64,000 bases of DNA from Dimorphilus gyrociliatus. Taxonomy: Eukaryota; Animalia; Annelida. Under the pieces are notes generated by a model. It was not told where the DNA came from, searched no databases, and was given only the letters and a program-made list of their open reading frames with translations. Within the stretch, counting starts at the first letter, position 1; each line of letters opens with the position of its first letter. Positions 25,256-36,938 of the stretch are shown here, piece by piece. The stretch spans positions 1,922,001 through 1,986,000 of the forward strand of contig CAJFCJ010000001.1 of NCBI GenBank assembly GCA_904063045.1, given 5' to 3'. The translations under genes were made by a program, and so were the position numbers.

Positions 25256-28200
25256 ATGTCTGACTCGGATAAAGGTATAGATATTGTTGGGTTCGAAGGA
25301 CCTCAAGACGAATCCTCAGTAAGTTCGCCGAATAGGTTTTCGTCTTCTGGATTCTTTCCATATGCTACGGAAGTCCAGTCGTCTGGTTTGGACGATATGA
25401 AACTCGCTAGATGTATCTCCCAAATTAACAGACCAATTGATACAAGAACGATAAGTGAAACTGACGAGGGAAGTACTGACCTCTGCGAAGTTATCGTCAA
25501 GCGATCCAGAGTAAGTTTTTAAAAAACTGATAAACTTTACTTAAATATTGCTTTTCCACAAATTTTTGAACAGACAAACAATGAAGACGAAAATGCAGAG
25601 ATTTTCATGAGCGACTCCAGTGACGATGAATCCGGAAAGATGGCCGAATGGAGATTCGGTCCTTCTAAGCACTGGTACGATTTACTCAATGTCAACGAAA
25701 ATGGATCTAATTTAGACTATGGCTTTCGGGTAATGTATTTTTTCATAATTTCCAGTTCCACGTTAACTTATTAACTTAAAATAGAAAAGAAAATACTCCG
25801 AATCTCTTGAAAAAGTTGATGAGGTTGCCAAAAAATTTCCAAAAGACTGCTTCCAAATGATCTGTTCTGTAAGTTTTTATCTCTAATCAACCATTATACC
25901 TTTTCATTAGGTCCATACTTTATACAGTATCGTTGGGAAGACGATGTTATCTGGAATGGAGACCAAGTTCGCCGACAGATTTTGAATTTGGATAGAATAA
26001 AAAACATTCCTGCCGCCTGGATTCCCAACAGTATCATTAGATCATACTCAAGTTTTATTTATCATTTAAAGAGTTAGTTTTGTTATTATTTTACTGTACA
26101 AACAGTTTTAATGGGCAATAATTACTTTATTAGAAGCTGAACATAATAGAAACAGATCATCTTTTGAAAGCGATGGTATGTATATTCTCTCAAAGCCTTT
26201 TTACCTCTTTAAAATGAAATTCTGTTCTCCTTTAGATATTAACATGACCATGAAAGACATTTCCAGATCTATTTTTAAGCCTCAAAATCCTGTAGTTGCT
26301 GATGGATCATGGGTGAAAGATATAATATGGGACTCCGAGGTTGTGAATGTTACTATAGATTAGTTAATTACTCTATAATAATTGTATTTTATTAATACAT
26401 ACAATAGAACATGGACGAGATCCCTAAACCTCCGTTTTTGGAAATGTATAAAGGTGATCCCAATACCATATTTGAAATACCGACGGATGCTTCTCCTGAG
26501 GTTGTTACACATACAAGTATAACAGAACAGGCATTTAACAAGTGGTTAATATAATTTTAACAGAGGTCAGCGACTAGTCAGGAGCGAGAAGACTCATTTA
26601 ATTTATCTAATGACATATATTATACACAAGAGGCAGCCGACCTATTTCGTACACCTACTAAACTTCAACATTCTGTGCCAGCCATGAACTTGAACAAATG
26701 TCTATTTCCTATAGAACCTGATAATGAGGTTCTTGACTATTACAGACGACAACTGAGGCCCATTAGACCAAGAATGAATGATGAAGAAGCAACAACAGTT
26801 ATTCCACTCTTTAGACATGTCGAAGAAAAACAACAGGTATTTTTCATTGATTATCTTGGTCCCTACTCATTGCTATATATCTAGGAGATAAGAAACATGG
26901 CAAAAGAAACCTATGGAGGGGAGGTATTTGTTATGAATAGACTCGTTGACCTTTCAGGATTTGACGGTAGTTTGTTTTTAATGGAATATGTCGAAGAAAA
27001 TCCTCCTCTTCTCAGTCGGGTAGGTATGGCTAGTAACATACGGATTTACTACAAGAAGGTGGGAAAAACTTCAAAAATTGAATTAAAATTAATTGATACT
27101 TTTAATTAAGCAATGCAACAAGGACGATGATTATATACCCAGCTATGCCTTTGGCGAATTAGCTCCCACTGAGCGTTCACCTTTTCTAGGCAATCTAAAA
27201 GAAGGAGAATTTGTACCAACTCTTGAGAATAATATGTATCTTGCACCAATTTTTCAACAGTTTAAGAATTTTTGCGATTTCCTGATTATAAAAAGAGACA
27301 ATCAGTACTATTTAAATATGAATGAAAAACGTCAAATTTACACAATCTATTTTTCAGCTATCATATCAGAGATTTTGACGAAATTTTCACTGTAGGCCAA
27401 GAATGTCCTAAAATTCAAGTTCCCAGACCAAAATCAAAGACTATACAACGCTTCTTAACTCATCTTGCCCACTTTCACATTTGCAAGCTCTTCCGACAAT
27501 CGAGAGATACTCCACCATGTCTGAAATTAGAAGATGTTAGCAAACTTGTGCCAAATTTATCTGAAATTACCCTTCGAAAATATATCAAGAGTTACGCTTA
27601 TTTTGTGAAAAAGGACAATGGCTGCTATTGGGCACTAAAAGAAGATGTTTATTTACCTGAATTGGAGAATTTTACCCAATATATTACACCCGAACTATTT
27701 TGCGCCTATTACAGCCAATCGGCTTACCATAGCAGGTATAAAAAAATATTTAATAAAGATGAAATTACTTTTTATTATTATAGACTACGTGCTGCTGGTT
27801 ATGAAGGAGATGGATTATTGAGTATAGACGATGATACGGCTTTCGAAAGCAGAATAATAGCAGCCCCATGGAATACAACCTCAGCATACACCAGCGCTGT
27901 GAATAAAGAGTGCCTACTCGAACTCCGAAGTACATTAGAATCTATAGAAACCAATAAAGGAATCCCCTACGTAAAATTATCTAAGCGGCCGTCTGCGCTA
28001 AGAGATCATTTCGTAATGAAGAATTTAATTTATTTGACACTTATGTTCTAATAATATTGATAATTTTGTTAGGGAGGGAAATTCCAGAATTATACAGACG
28101 AAGCTATTTTGGAAAAAGTAATTAGTACTATCGAAATAGTCCTAAAGAGATGTCAGAAAAAACCTAGAAGGGTAATTCATTAGTTTGTTTCATTTAATTA

Positions 28201-31200
28201 CCGTACAATGTGTTAGAGAGATTTCTAAAATTTTTATATGAATATGCTTATGAACATCCTTATTTAAGATATCTGTTACTGTATTATGATAAATCGATGG
28301 CAAAAGTATTAAAACATTGTCAATTATTATGTAATGACAAAGATTAGCCTCTTCTGGATAGAGAGATATAAGAATATTTAGTTTTAGCACTACCTGCTTC
28401 CATATAAGTGTTATAGATTTATATATGTATGTATAAATGTTTCAGATTGAAGAACTAATGAAATGGAATGCAATCAAGCTTATAAAGATTCTATCGACTT
28501 TAAAATTGGACGATGCAAAGTCTTCAGGTTTTATAAATAACAAATGCTTTTAAGAGTCAATTAAGCTATAAATAACGTTATTTTCAGTTCTCTCTGAATT
28601 CAAGCAGCTAGTCAAGCAGACCAATCTAAGAGAAAACGAAATATTTGAGGAAGAATGTAGAAAAGAGTTTGAAATGCAATATCGGTACACATTTGTTTTT
28701 GAAACCAATTATATTTTATTTTATATTGTTAAATGATTTTATCCTACGCAGGTCACTAGCTTCAACAGATATTGTATCCACTGATAGTGATTCATCGTCC
28801 GATAGTGAACTTAAAGAGTATGCTAAAGAATTAGAGCAGGATTTCACGGAAGAAAATTCACCGTTTTTTCTTGACACCAACAACGCTACTAAGAAAAAGA
28901 AAGTATTGAAAATAGTTAGAACATTCATCGACGAAGAGGGAAACTTATATTCAACAGCAGAATTTGTTAGAGAGGCAAATGTTATAGAAATGTACATAAA
29001 TGCCAAGAGCAAGAAGGAAACAGAGTACTATCAAATTTTTTATCTTTATACGTTACTGATAAACTGATCAATTTTTTTTAGATCAATTCTTGGCAGGAAT
29101 GAAACACCGAAGTGCTTAAACTCAGACGAAAATAACAATGGAGAAAAGGTAAATTATTAAACTTTTAGCTCATAAAATTAAACCTTTTTCTCACTTTCCA
29201 GGAGATATTTAGCGAGGACTCGACCATATCAGACAGAATAGAGCATAGCTTGCAATGGGATAAAGAAAATTCCAATTCGAGAAAACTTATAAAAGTTCAG
29301 AATGCTACAGTGAAAATTTGCAAAAAATTACTTAAAAGGTAAGACTGGTAATTAATGTAGTGTATCAAAGTTCAACGATTTTTATTTAATACAGAGCTAA
29401 AGAGTTTTCAAGGAGAAAGTCACTTGCAAAATCGAATATGTCAGCAGTAATTAAAGTAGGAATATTTCAAGATATGTATTTTGTTTTATTAATTAAGTAT
29501 TTCTGATAGAAACGAAAAATGGCAGTAGCAGAGCGTAGAAAAACAAATCCATTCGTAATTATGAGCCTAATTTTTGAGGAAATAGTCGATAGTATAGCGA
29601 AATTGGACGATGTAAGTTCCTTTTAAAAAAAATTAACGAAGATATATGCATTTTTTTTGCTCAACTTTAGGTCTTACCGTTCCTTCAACCAATAGACAGA
29701 GTGCTTAATCCATCTTACTATCTCTATATAAAGGAACCGATGGATATTCATACTATAAGATTGGTAAGTAATACAATTATTGAATATATATACCATAACT
29801 CGGATTAATTAAAATGTTTTTTAACTATAGAAATTGAGAGATAATAAGTATCATTCAAGAAAGACTTTTATCTCCGATTTCAATCAAATGGTTTTGAATT
29901 CTATCAGATTTAATGGCTCTGCTTCCCCAATAACTAATATCGCTCGGAAAATGCTCGATTATTGCATACAGAGAATTGCTGAGGTTTCTTTTTCAATTAA
30001 CTGTCATAATAACCCGTTTGAAAATATTTTCGTCTAATAGAAAGACGACTACTTAATGGAACTTGAAAAATGGATACCATATCCTAAAAAGTCTCACCTT
30101 TCGCAATTTGAAAGCATTCTAAAGAAAATCACAAACGATATGAAAAATATTGAAGGCGTGAGTTATGGAAATTTTGGACTAGAGATTGCTTTTTTTTAAT
30201 TCATTAACTCTTATATTTGTAGTCTGAAGCATTTCGACGTCCTGTTAACAAAATATGGTCGTTATACTACGATGTTATTAAAACGCCAATGGATTTATTA
30301 GCGATAACTATTGTAAGATTAAAGCTATTATTTTTATTTATTCACTTTTCGCTTGTTAAAATATATAGAAAATCAGAAGGCATAAATATAAGAATAGGCG
30401 CGACTTTATTAAGGATGTTAAGCTAATTCTGGATAACTCTGTAACGTTTAACGGAGAAGACTCAGATCTCACTGCTACTGCCAATAATATATATACAACT
30501 GCGTTGAATGCCCTAGAAGAGCATTCTGAAGAACTGACAATACTTGAAGAGGAAATTATAAAGTCCGAGGCACGAAAACGCTCAAGAAAATCCCTTAACA
30601 TCGGTTTGCATTTCCATCAACTCTCTTGATATTTATAATAATAGAAACGTTTTTAGATCCAAGCATCTCTAACGAATCGACTAACAGTTACGAAATTAGA
30701 GTTCCCGATTTTCACATGAATAAATCGGAAATAACTTCTGTAAACAATAATCCTATTCCAATAGAAAATGATAAAGGTCAACTTACAGCATGTAACCTTG
30801 TTGAAAGTAAATTGACAGACATTGATATTCGATTGAAAATATTTATATTTGATTTTGATTTATTGAAATTCTTTAAATAGGACTTGGACTGGAATTATCA
30901 ACTAACTCAAAAGCAAGCAATAAATTGGATGAGAGAGGATTTAGCGACTTCCTTACACAAGGTGCTTTTAATGTCCTTGATCCTCCAAAAGAGTCAAATG
31001 ACACTGTTGAATTGGACAAATCAAGTACTTCAGAAACACCTCATGAAGATAATAGTAACAGCCTTTTTAATATAGGTGAAGATTAAAAATTCAATTCTAC
31101 TATCTATGTCAATTAAAATTTCATGAAATTTCTAGGAGACCAAGAACTGGGCGTTATTTTCCTTGACGAAGCGGAATTTGATAGCGATGGAAATTATTCA

Positions 31201-31776
31201 GCAAGTGGATCACACGCTACTTGGGCAGGCAGATTCAGAGAGTCGATTCCCGTTACTTCAGGAAATGCTGCTAATTTGTATGAGAGTTTAACTCCAGAAG
31301 GAGCTGATAGTTGCGATTCTTCGAGTGATCTGGAAGATGATGTGAACAATTCGGTATACGATTGGGGTTGGACCCGCGAAAGCCCCAAATCGAAAGAGTC
31401 TATATCTCATATAGAAGAAATTAGCGGTACAGATAGTTCAGATTTTAATACCGAGCCAACTAATCTGACGAATTATGGTCAACCCAACATAAACTTCGAA
31501 GAAACAAATTCCTCGCCATTTCCATCTCCTAGTTCGCAAGCATTTACTCAATCGGAAGACGACCAATCGTCTAGTGGTTACAATTTTGTAGCAACTGACA
31601 CAGTCGGAATATTAATTCAAGATGGTAGCTCTAGTTCAGAAGATGAAGTTGTCAGGAGAATACAGCCTGAAACGATAGACGTTACAACCCTTTATAGCGA
31701 TTCTGAACCTTCAAGCGAAGATGGAGATACGTCAAAATCTAGTATTGAATGTATTGACTTGACAGATTGTTTATAA
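25256..31776 (+). CDS. TAF1: TFIID subunit 1-like protein, strongly diverged (DUF3591 core plus tandem bromodomains)
   Basis: Collinear TAF1 motifs: AEWRFGPSKHWYD, RWEDDVIWNG, FNLSNDIYY, QHSVPAMNL, EYVEENPPLLSRVGMASNIRIYYKK, SPFLGNL, APWNTT, LKIVRTFIDEEG. Two bromodomains (PMDI...NSIRFNG and PMDL...NSVTFNG) and an acidic tail. The N-terminal exons checked join in frame. Confidence 0.92.
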
Positions 31777-33008
31777 GCTATTCAATTGTTTTATAGCTAT
31801 TTTTAAAAAAACAAACTATTTTTTTATAAATTTTGTATTTTCAATATTTAAATAATTTTTTAGCTGTTTGAAAAAAAACTTGCAAATAAAACGACTATGC
31901 TTGCATCTGATAAAACTCAGGAAAATGGTATAGCACATAGTAATAAGAGAGAACAATCCGTTTCCTACTGCCTAACCCACTTTCCATTTATCAACTTTTC
32001 TAAGAAAATTTCATTAGATTCTAGTCAAAGTGGAGACGATGGATTGTGCTCTGCTCTTTCAAGGATGAAAGAGTGTATATTGAATATTTCTGGAAAATTC
32101 TCTCTTCCATTTAGGCTAAAACCTCGCAATATGTTAGAAGGTAAAGGTAAACGGAAGAGAAATTTTATGAATATTCATAGATACCTAGCCCTATACTTTT
32201 TTGGATTATTTATATTATTATTTTTTCTAAAATTGATTATACTTCATTCAACGTCTTCAACAAGATAATAAATTAACTATTGTAGGGGTAAAAGGCTCAG
32301 TATAGGACAAATAAAAAACAGGAAACCCCGTTTTTAGCCAACGTTATTTTCGTCTTAGAAATAAAAAAAAAAAGTAATCAAAAGTGGTATTGATACAAAT
32401 ATCTAAGGAAAGTAATCTCCTATTCTATAAATATATACACAGCAAATAGTAAAAGAATGTAAAAGACTTTGTATAATTAGTTAAAGAATTGATAAGTTCT
32501 TTACAAACGATACATTCAGTATAATAGTACTTCAGCATTTTAGTATAGTGAATTATTCATAGATGTTTTAATAAAGAGTATTATCTTTATTTTGATTTCA
32601 ATAAAAATGTCTATAAATAAACAATTGTAAAAAGGATAAAAGAAAACAAAATTTATCAGTATAAGCTTTTAATGGACGTATTTCTTTTCCCTTCCTATCT
32701 CTCTTTTATAGTTCAAGTAAATATAGAAACAGTATTCTTTATTCCATTAAAATTCTGTTCAAACTTCTTTTTACTGCAAATTGTGAAACAAAAAATTAAA
32801 TATTTGTTCTTCTTTAATAAAATATTAATCCTTTCTGTAAATTAAAAAAAAATATACAATTCAATACGCAATAGTTATTTTTTAGTAGGGCTATTTAATA
32901 GCAAATAGAAACTTTTGCATCTTAAAAAATATTGATTGTATGAATAATTCAAAGTAGGCAAGTTGAAATTATAATAATAAAACAAAAAAAAATAAAACAA
33001 GTATTTTG

Positions 33009-33989
33009 TTAATCGATAACAATTCCACTTGGAGAAAGTATATCTCTTTGTATATTATCAATATTAATATCCGTATTTGGTGTTTCTGTCATAGAGCGAA
33101 TATCAATTTGGCTATCGGTTAAATTATCAGTCTTTTCATTATTCTCTGTGTTGTCTATTTCGATACTTTCGTCGTGAGATAATCCCCTTTTATTTGTTGT
33201 AATTAGGGTTGATTGTTCGTAACTAGGATGAAAGTCCACTGTATTTTCAGATACTGTTTCTAATTTTGTACTCTTATTTGCCTGCTTTTCATCAGCTTGA
33301 TTTAATGTATCGTCTCGCTGACGACGCAAAAGTAATTGAAGTTGAAGTTTGTTTGTAAAGAAAATTTTCTTCCAACCGAGTTTCGAAGCTAAACTTTCAA
33401 TGTCTGGACTAATGGCTTCTGTATGTCTTTGAAATAGATTCTTCCACGTATCTTCCAAATTGCATATAGAGTCAAAAAACCGATTTGTTTTTGTCAAATT
33501 ATCTATATCCTCCAATTCGAGATAATTAAAAATCTTTAAGAGAATTTTCTCCGGTAATCTTGGCAGATAGTCAATTTGACCTCTAGCAACAGCTTTAGCA
33601 TAATTTAGCACTGATTTACCCAATACTCGTAGAATTTCGCCTGTTGTGTTTTTTTTATATAGTTAATTATAAAGCAGAAAAAATTTATAAAATCAAATTT
33701 TATTTTTTTTTTACTTTGCATCCTATCATCGTATAAAAAATCTTCATGTGTATCTCTTTCTTCCTTAGGATGAATGTGCGAATCGTTTCTCAGTGAAATT
33801 CTCCATGTTCTGAATATAAACTGAAAAGTTAAGTTATTGGTATTATAACAATGTTGAGGACTCCTCTCGTAAACGTTTATAGTCTACCTCATTAACAGTT
33901 ACAACCAATTGGCAATAATCTTTGGAAGGCGATGGAGCTGTGGCTGAATATGAAAATATTTCGCCGTTTTTCGGCAACAGCGAGGCCAT
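33009..33989 (-). CDS. FBXO36: F-box only protein 36
   Basis: MASLLP...APSPSKDYCQLVVT|VIFRTWRISLR; F-box LPRLPEKILLKIFNYLELEDI; GWKKIFFTNKLQLQ. Confidence 0.92.
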
Positions 33990-34005
33990 TTTGGAGACGC
34001 TTTTT

Positions 34006-34019
34006 GTTACTATGGAGAT
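34006..34019. promoter_or_regulatory. RFX X-box-like motif GTTACTATGGAGAT next to the FBXO36 start
   Basis: Near match to GTTRCYATGGNRAC, 17 bp upstream of the FBXO36 ATG. Confidence 0.35.
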
Positions 34020-34283
34020 TAGAAAAAAATACTTTAAAAAAATTTTCTACAGCCTATTAATAAATAAATAAATATATTAAAGTATTACTGAAAGTGTTGA
34101 TTTCAAAAAATATTTTCAATATTTTCTCTGAGAACACGAACCGTACTATTTTATAAAATCCTTCATCCGGCGAGTGGGATATCCTAATCACGTTACTTAA
34201 TTATCGCTCTTAGGCCGGTTTTGTCGACGTAATTTTGGCTTACTGCACTAACATTTTATATCTATAATATTACCAAACTCAAC

Positions 34284-35267
34284 ATGAATAGGCATAAAAA
34301 TATAGACTTTTTATCCCTTCATAAAGGTTTGCTAAATAAACATACATGTTATTAAACTAATACCAAGCAATTACAGAATCGCAGAATCTTTTAGTAGCTG
34401 CTTCGTGCTTAACATACAATAAATGGAGTACAAAGTTTCTCATCTACGACAAAATTCCTGAAAAGTTTTCAGAACCATTAGAGAGTAATATATCAGACGA
34501 ATTCAATACCACAAGTTGTTGTGGTGAAATCTTAGAAAAAGGAAAATTCGTTGTGGGAGACGACGATGGAAACCTTGCACTTTTATCCTACGACAAATCC
34601 GGAATAATGGAGTTGAACAAATATCCTGTAGCTGATTCTGGACTTACATCACTAATAACTGACTCCAACAATACAGTTATTTGCGGGTCGTTCGATGGAC
34701 ATGTTAAGGTATTTCTTTTGGACGAGGAAAGAATGACTGATTTCTATGATCTTCATTTGGCTAAAGTATGCTCTATTTATTCACTGAATTCAACAAATTT
34801 ATTTTGTTCAACATCACTTGATGGGACGTGCTTGCTTGTTGATCGAAAGTTGAAATCGCCAGCTAAAGTAATAATGAATTGTCCTGAAAATCCTCCCACG
34901 TCAGTTTGGGCTAAAGACAGTAGCAGCTTTATAATTGGTATTTAATTGAATAACAATTACAATGCGATAATTTATAATGCTATATTTCACTAAAGGAACT
35001 GAAGCCGGAACTGTTCAAGAGTACGACTTACGGAATGGAGCACATCCACTTAAAGAATATTTTCAACATAATAGATCTGTCACTAAAGTTCTAAAACATA
35101 ACAACGCGATTGTTTCTTCTGCCGAAGATGGTTGTATATGTACCATTAAGAAGGAAGAAAGTAGAAAATTTGCCGTACATACAGACATTGTTACTGATAT
35201 GATAGATGTAGGTTATATTTTGTCTTGTGGTTGGGACGGAAAAATTTGTAAATTTACGGAAATATAG
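34284..35267 (+). CDS. WDR77: Methylosome protein 50 (WD40), PRMT5 cofactor, divergent
   Basis: LLVAASCLTYNKW, CGSFDGHVKVF, STSLDGTCLLVDRK..SPAK, PPTSV, GTEAGTV and VHTDIVTD...SCGWDGKI are collinear with MEP50. Confidence 0.78.
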
Positions 35268-35288
35268 AGATTGAGATGCATTATTTCT

Positions 35289-36629
35289 TCATTCTATAAT
35301 AAACGGTAAAGTTTTATAATAATCTAGACTAAATTTTGGCCGACAATATGACTTGGCCATGATCCATGCTTCGAAGCAGTCCAAAGCATAAGCATCAAAT
35401 TGAACGTCGAATTTGTTTACAAAGAAATGCTGCTTCAGCATAATTGCAGAGAGATCCGAAACACTAAAAACACACACGCCTCTCAGCCACTTTCCTTTAC
35501 AGTTGTATTCGCCACTCCAGCCGGCAAATACAGCCAACCAAGGCTTTTTTTGAGGAATACCTCTATATCCTCCAGGTGTATGCAAATGAGGATTAGCGTA
35601 TAAATGATGTAAGGTCGCCCAGTAATGTTCATCAGGGCTCCAAGTTTTTCTAGACCATTCCAACAGGCGTATCGATTTCTCGTCGTTAATAATGTAATGT
35701 ACAAAATTTCTGCTAAAAATAGCGTATGCACTGCCTCTTACGATTTTAGTGCCATCAGGAGGTGGAGGATTTTTTTTTCCAGTTTTTTTCAAAAAAGATT
35801 TGTTATCCTCAATGACTTCTATCCATTCATCTTCAAATCTTGATCTGATTGGTCTATCAAAGAGACCCTCAACATCGTTAGCTCCATTATAAATATTTAA
35901 AACCTGAACCATTTCATAATTGGTCATACGAGGAAAAGCTGTTCCAGCAGTATTCATTAAATATTTCCAATTTGTAGTAGATTTCAAAAGAAGCTCCATA
36001 CATTTTATATCAGCCAATAATCTACTAAAACCCGCATAGACAACATCTATTGAAGGGTCTATTACGAAGACATTATTAAAACAAGAACTTATTCCCCTTA
36101 TGGCATCATGAAACACTTTTGGTGAACTCTTATCAACATGTATACAAAATATATTATGAGGCCTCCATAAAGCTCTTAATTGTCTTTCAACTTGTTCTGC
36201 ATTAAAGTGCACTATCATATTGAAAGCTAAAGGAAAATTTAATTCTTCATCGGAGATCTCATCTTCAATATATCCCAGTGATTTCAACTTCGAGCAGTCT
36301 TTGCTTAATTCTATAAAGTCAGAATCTCTTCTCTTTATCCGAGGATAATTCTTCCTAAATGATGATAATATTTTCATATCGTTGTCATTTAGAGTTTTAT
36401 AAATTAGATTTCTGCATGTGTATGGAAAGTTGACGGAGTAGTGCTGTCTTATTGACATAGGCTTTGAGTCTAAGAACGGTATAGAACAGTTTTCCCAATC
36501 TCTAGTATCCACTCTGCGATAAATTCTAACATTTTTCGAGTTATTGATGGTGAATGACACTCTAATATACACATAAACAGCTATTATCATCAAAGCCATC
36601 CAAAAACGTAAATGACTTTTTTTAAACAT
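35289..36629 (-). CDS. GCNT: Core-2/I-branching beta-1,6-N-acetylglucosaminyltransferase (GT14), single exon, 446 aa
   Basis: Type II TM N-terminus; FPLAFNMIVH..EQVERQLRALWRPHNIFCIHVDKSS; VVYAGFSRLLADIKCM; WSPDEHYWATL; FVNKFD. Confidence 0.95.
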   Translation of the reverse strand: MFKKSHLRFWMALMIIAVYVYIRVSFTINNSKNVRIYRRVDTRDWENCSIPFLDSKPMSIRQHYSVNFPYTCRNLIYKTLNDNDMKILSSFRKNYPRIKRRDSDFIELSKDCSKLKSLGYIEDEISDEELNFPLAFNMIVHFNAEQVERQLRALWRPHNIFCIHVDKSSPKVFHDAIRGISSCFNNVFVIDPSIDVVYAGFSRLLADIKCMELLLKSTTNWKYLMNTAGTAFPRMTNYEMVQVLNIYNGANDVEGLFDRPIRSRFEDEWIEVIEDNKSFLKKTGKKNPPPPDGTKIVRGSAYAIFSRNFVHYIINDEKSIRLLEWSRKTWSPDEHYWATLHHLYANPHLHTPGGYRGIPQKKPWLAVFAGWSGEYNCKGKWLRGVCVFSVSDLSAIMLKQHFFVNKFDVQFDAYALDCFEAWIMAKSYCRPKFSLDYYKTLPFIIE

Positions 36630-36938
36630 TTTAAAAAATTTTAATTATTTGCACATTTGATCTACAGTAAAAACGTAAAGCGATAATTCCAAGATATTGA
36701 AAAAAAAACTGTCATTATGAATTAATACTCCGGGGTTATTTTGATCTTGGGTGATAACTGAGCGATAATGAACGCCGATGAGGTCTGACACGTGACGAAA
36801 CCGGATGTTATATGAGTTTTTTCCTCTGAAATCTCGTATAGTCTCTTCTCGTTCGTTACCGCATCGTCTCGTGTCGAACAACACAACCTTTCATTTAACG
36901 ACGACTTTAGCATTATTTTTAAAAAGAGCTGAAGAAAA
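36630..36938. promoter_or_regulatory. Bidirectional promoter between GCNT and TRA2
   Basis: 309 bp between head-to-head ATGs, CpG-enriched. E-box CACGTG at 36789-36794; Ets motif ACCGGATGT at 36800-36808. Confidence 0.55.

Noticed and set aside
36775-36801. Hammerhead-ribozyme-like core CCGATGAG...GAAAC
   Set aside because: U4 is C, stem II is imperfect and no stem I forms. The same bases are better explained as E-box and Ets promoter motifs.
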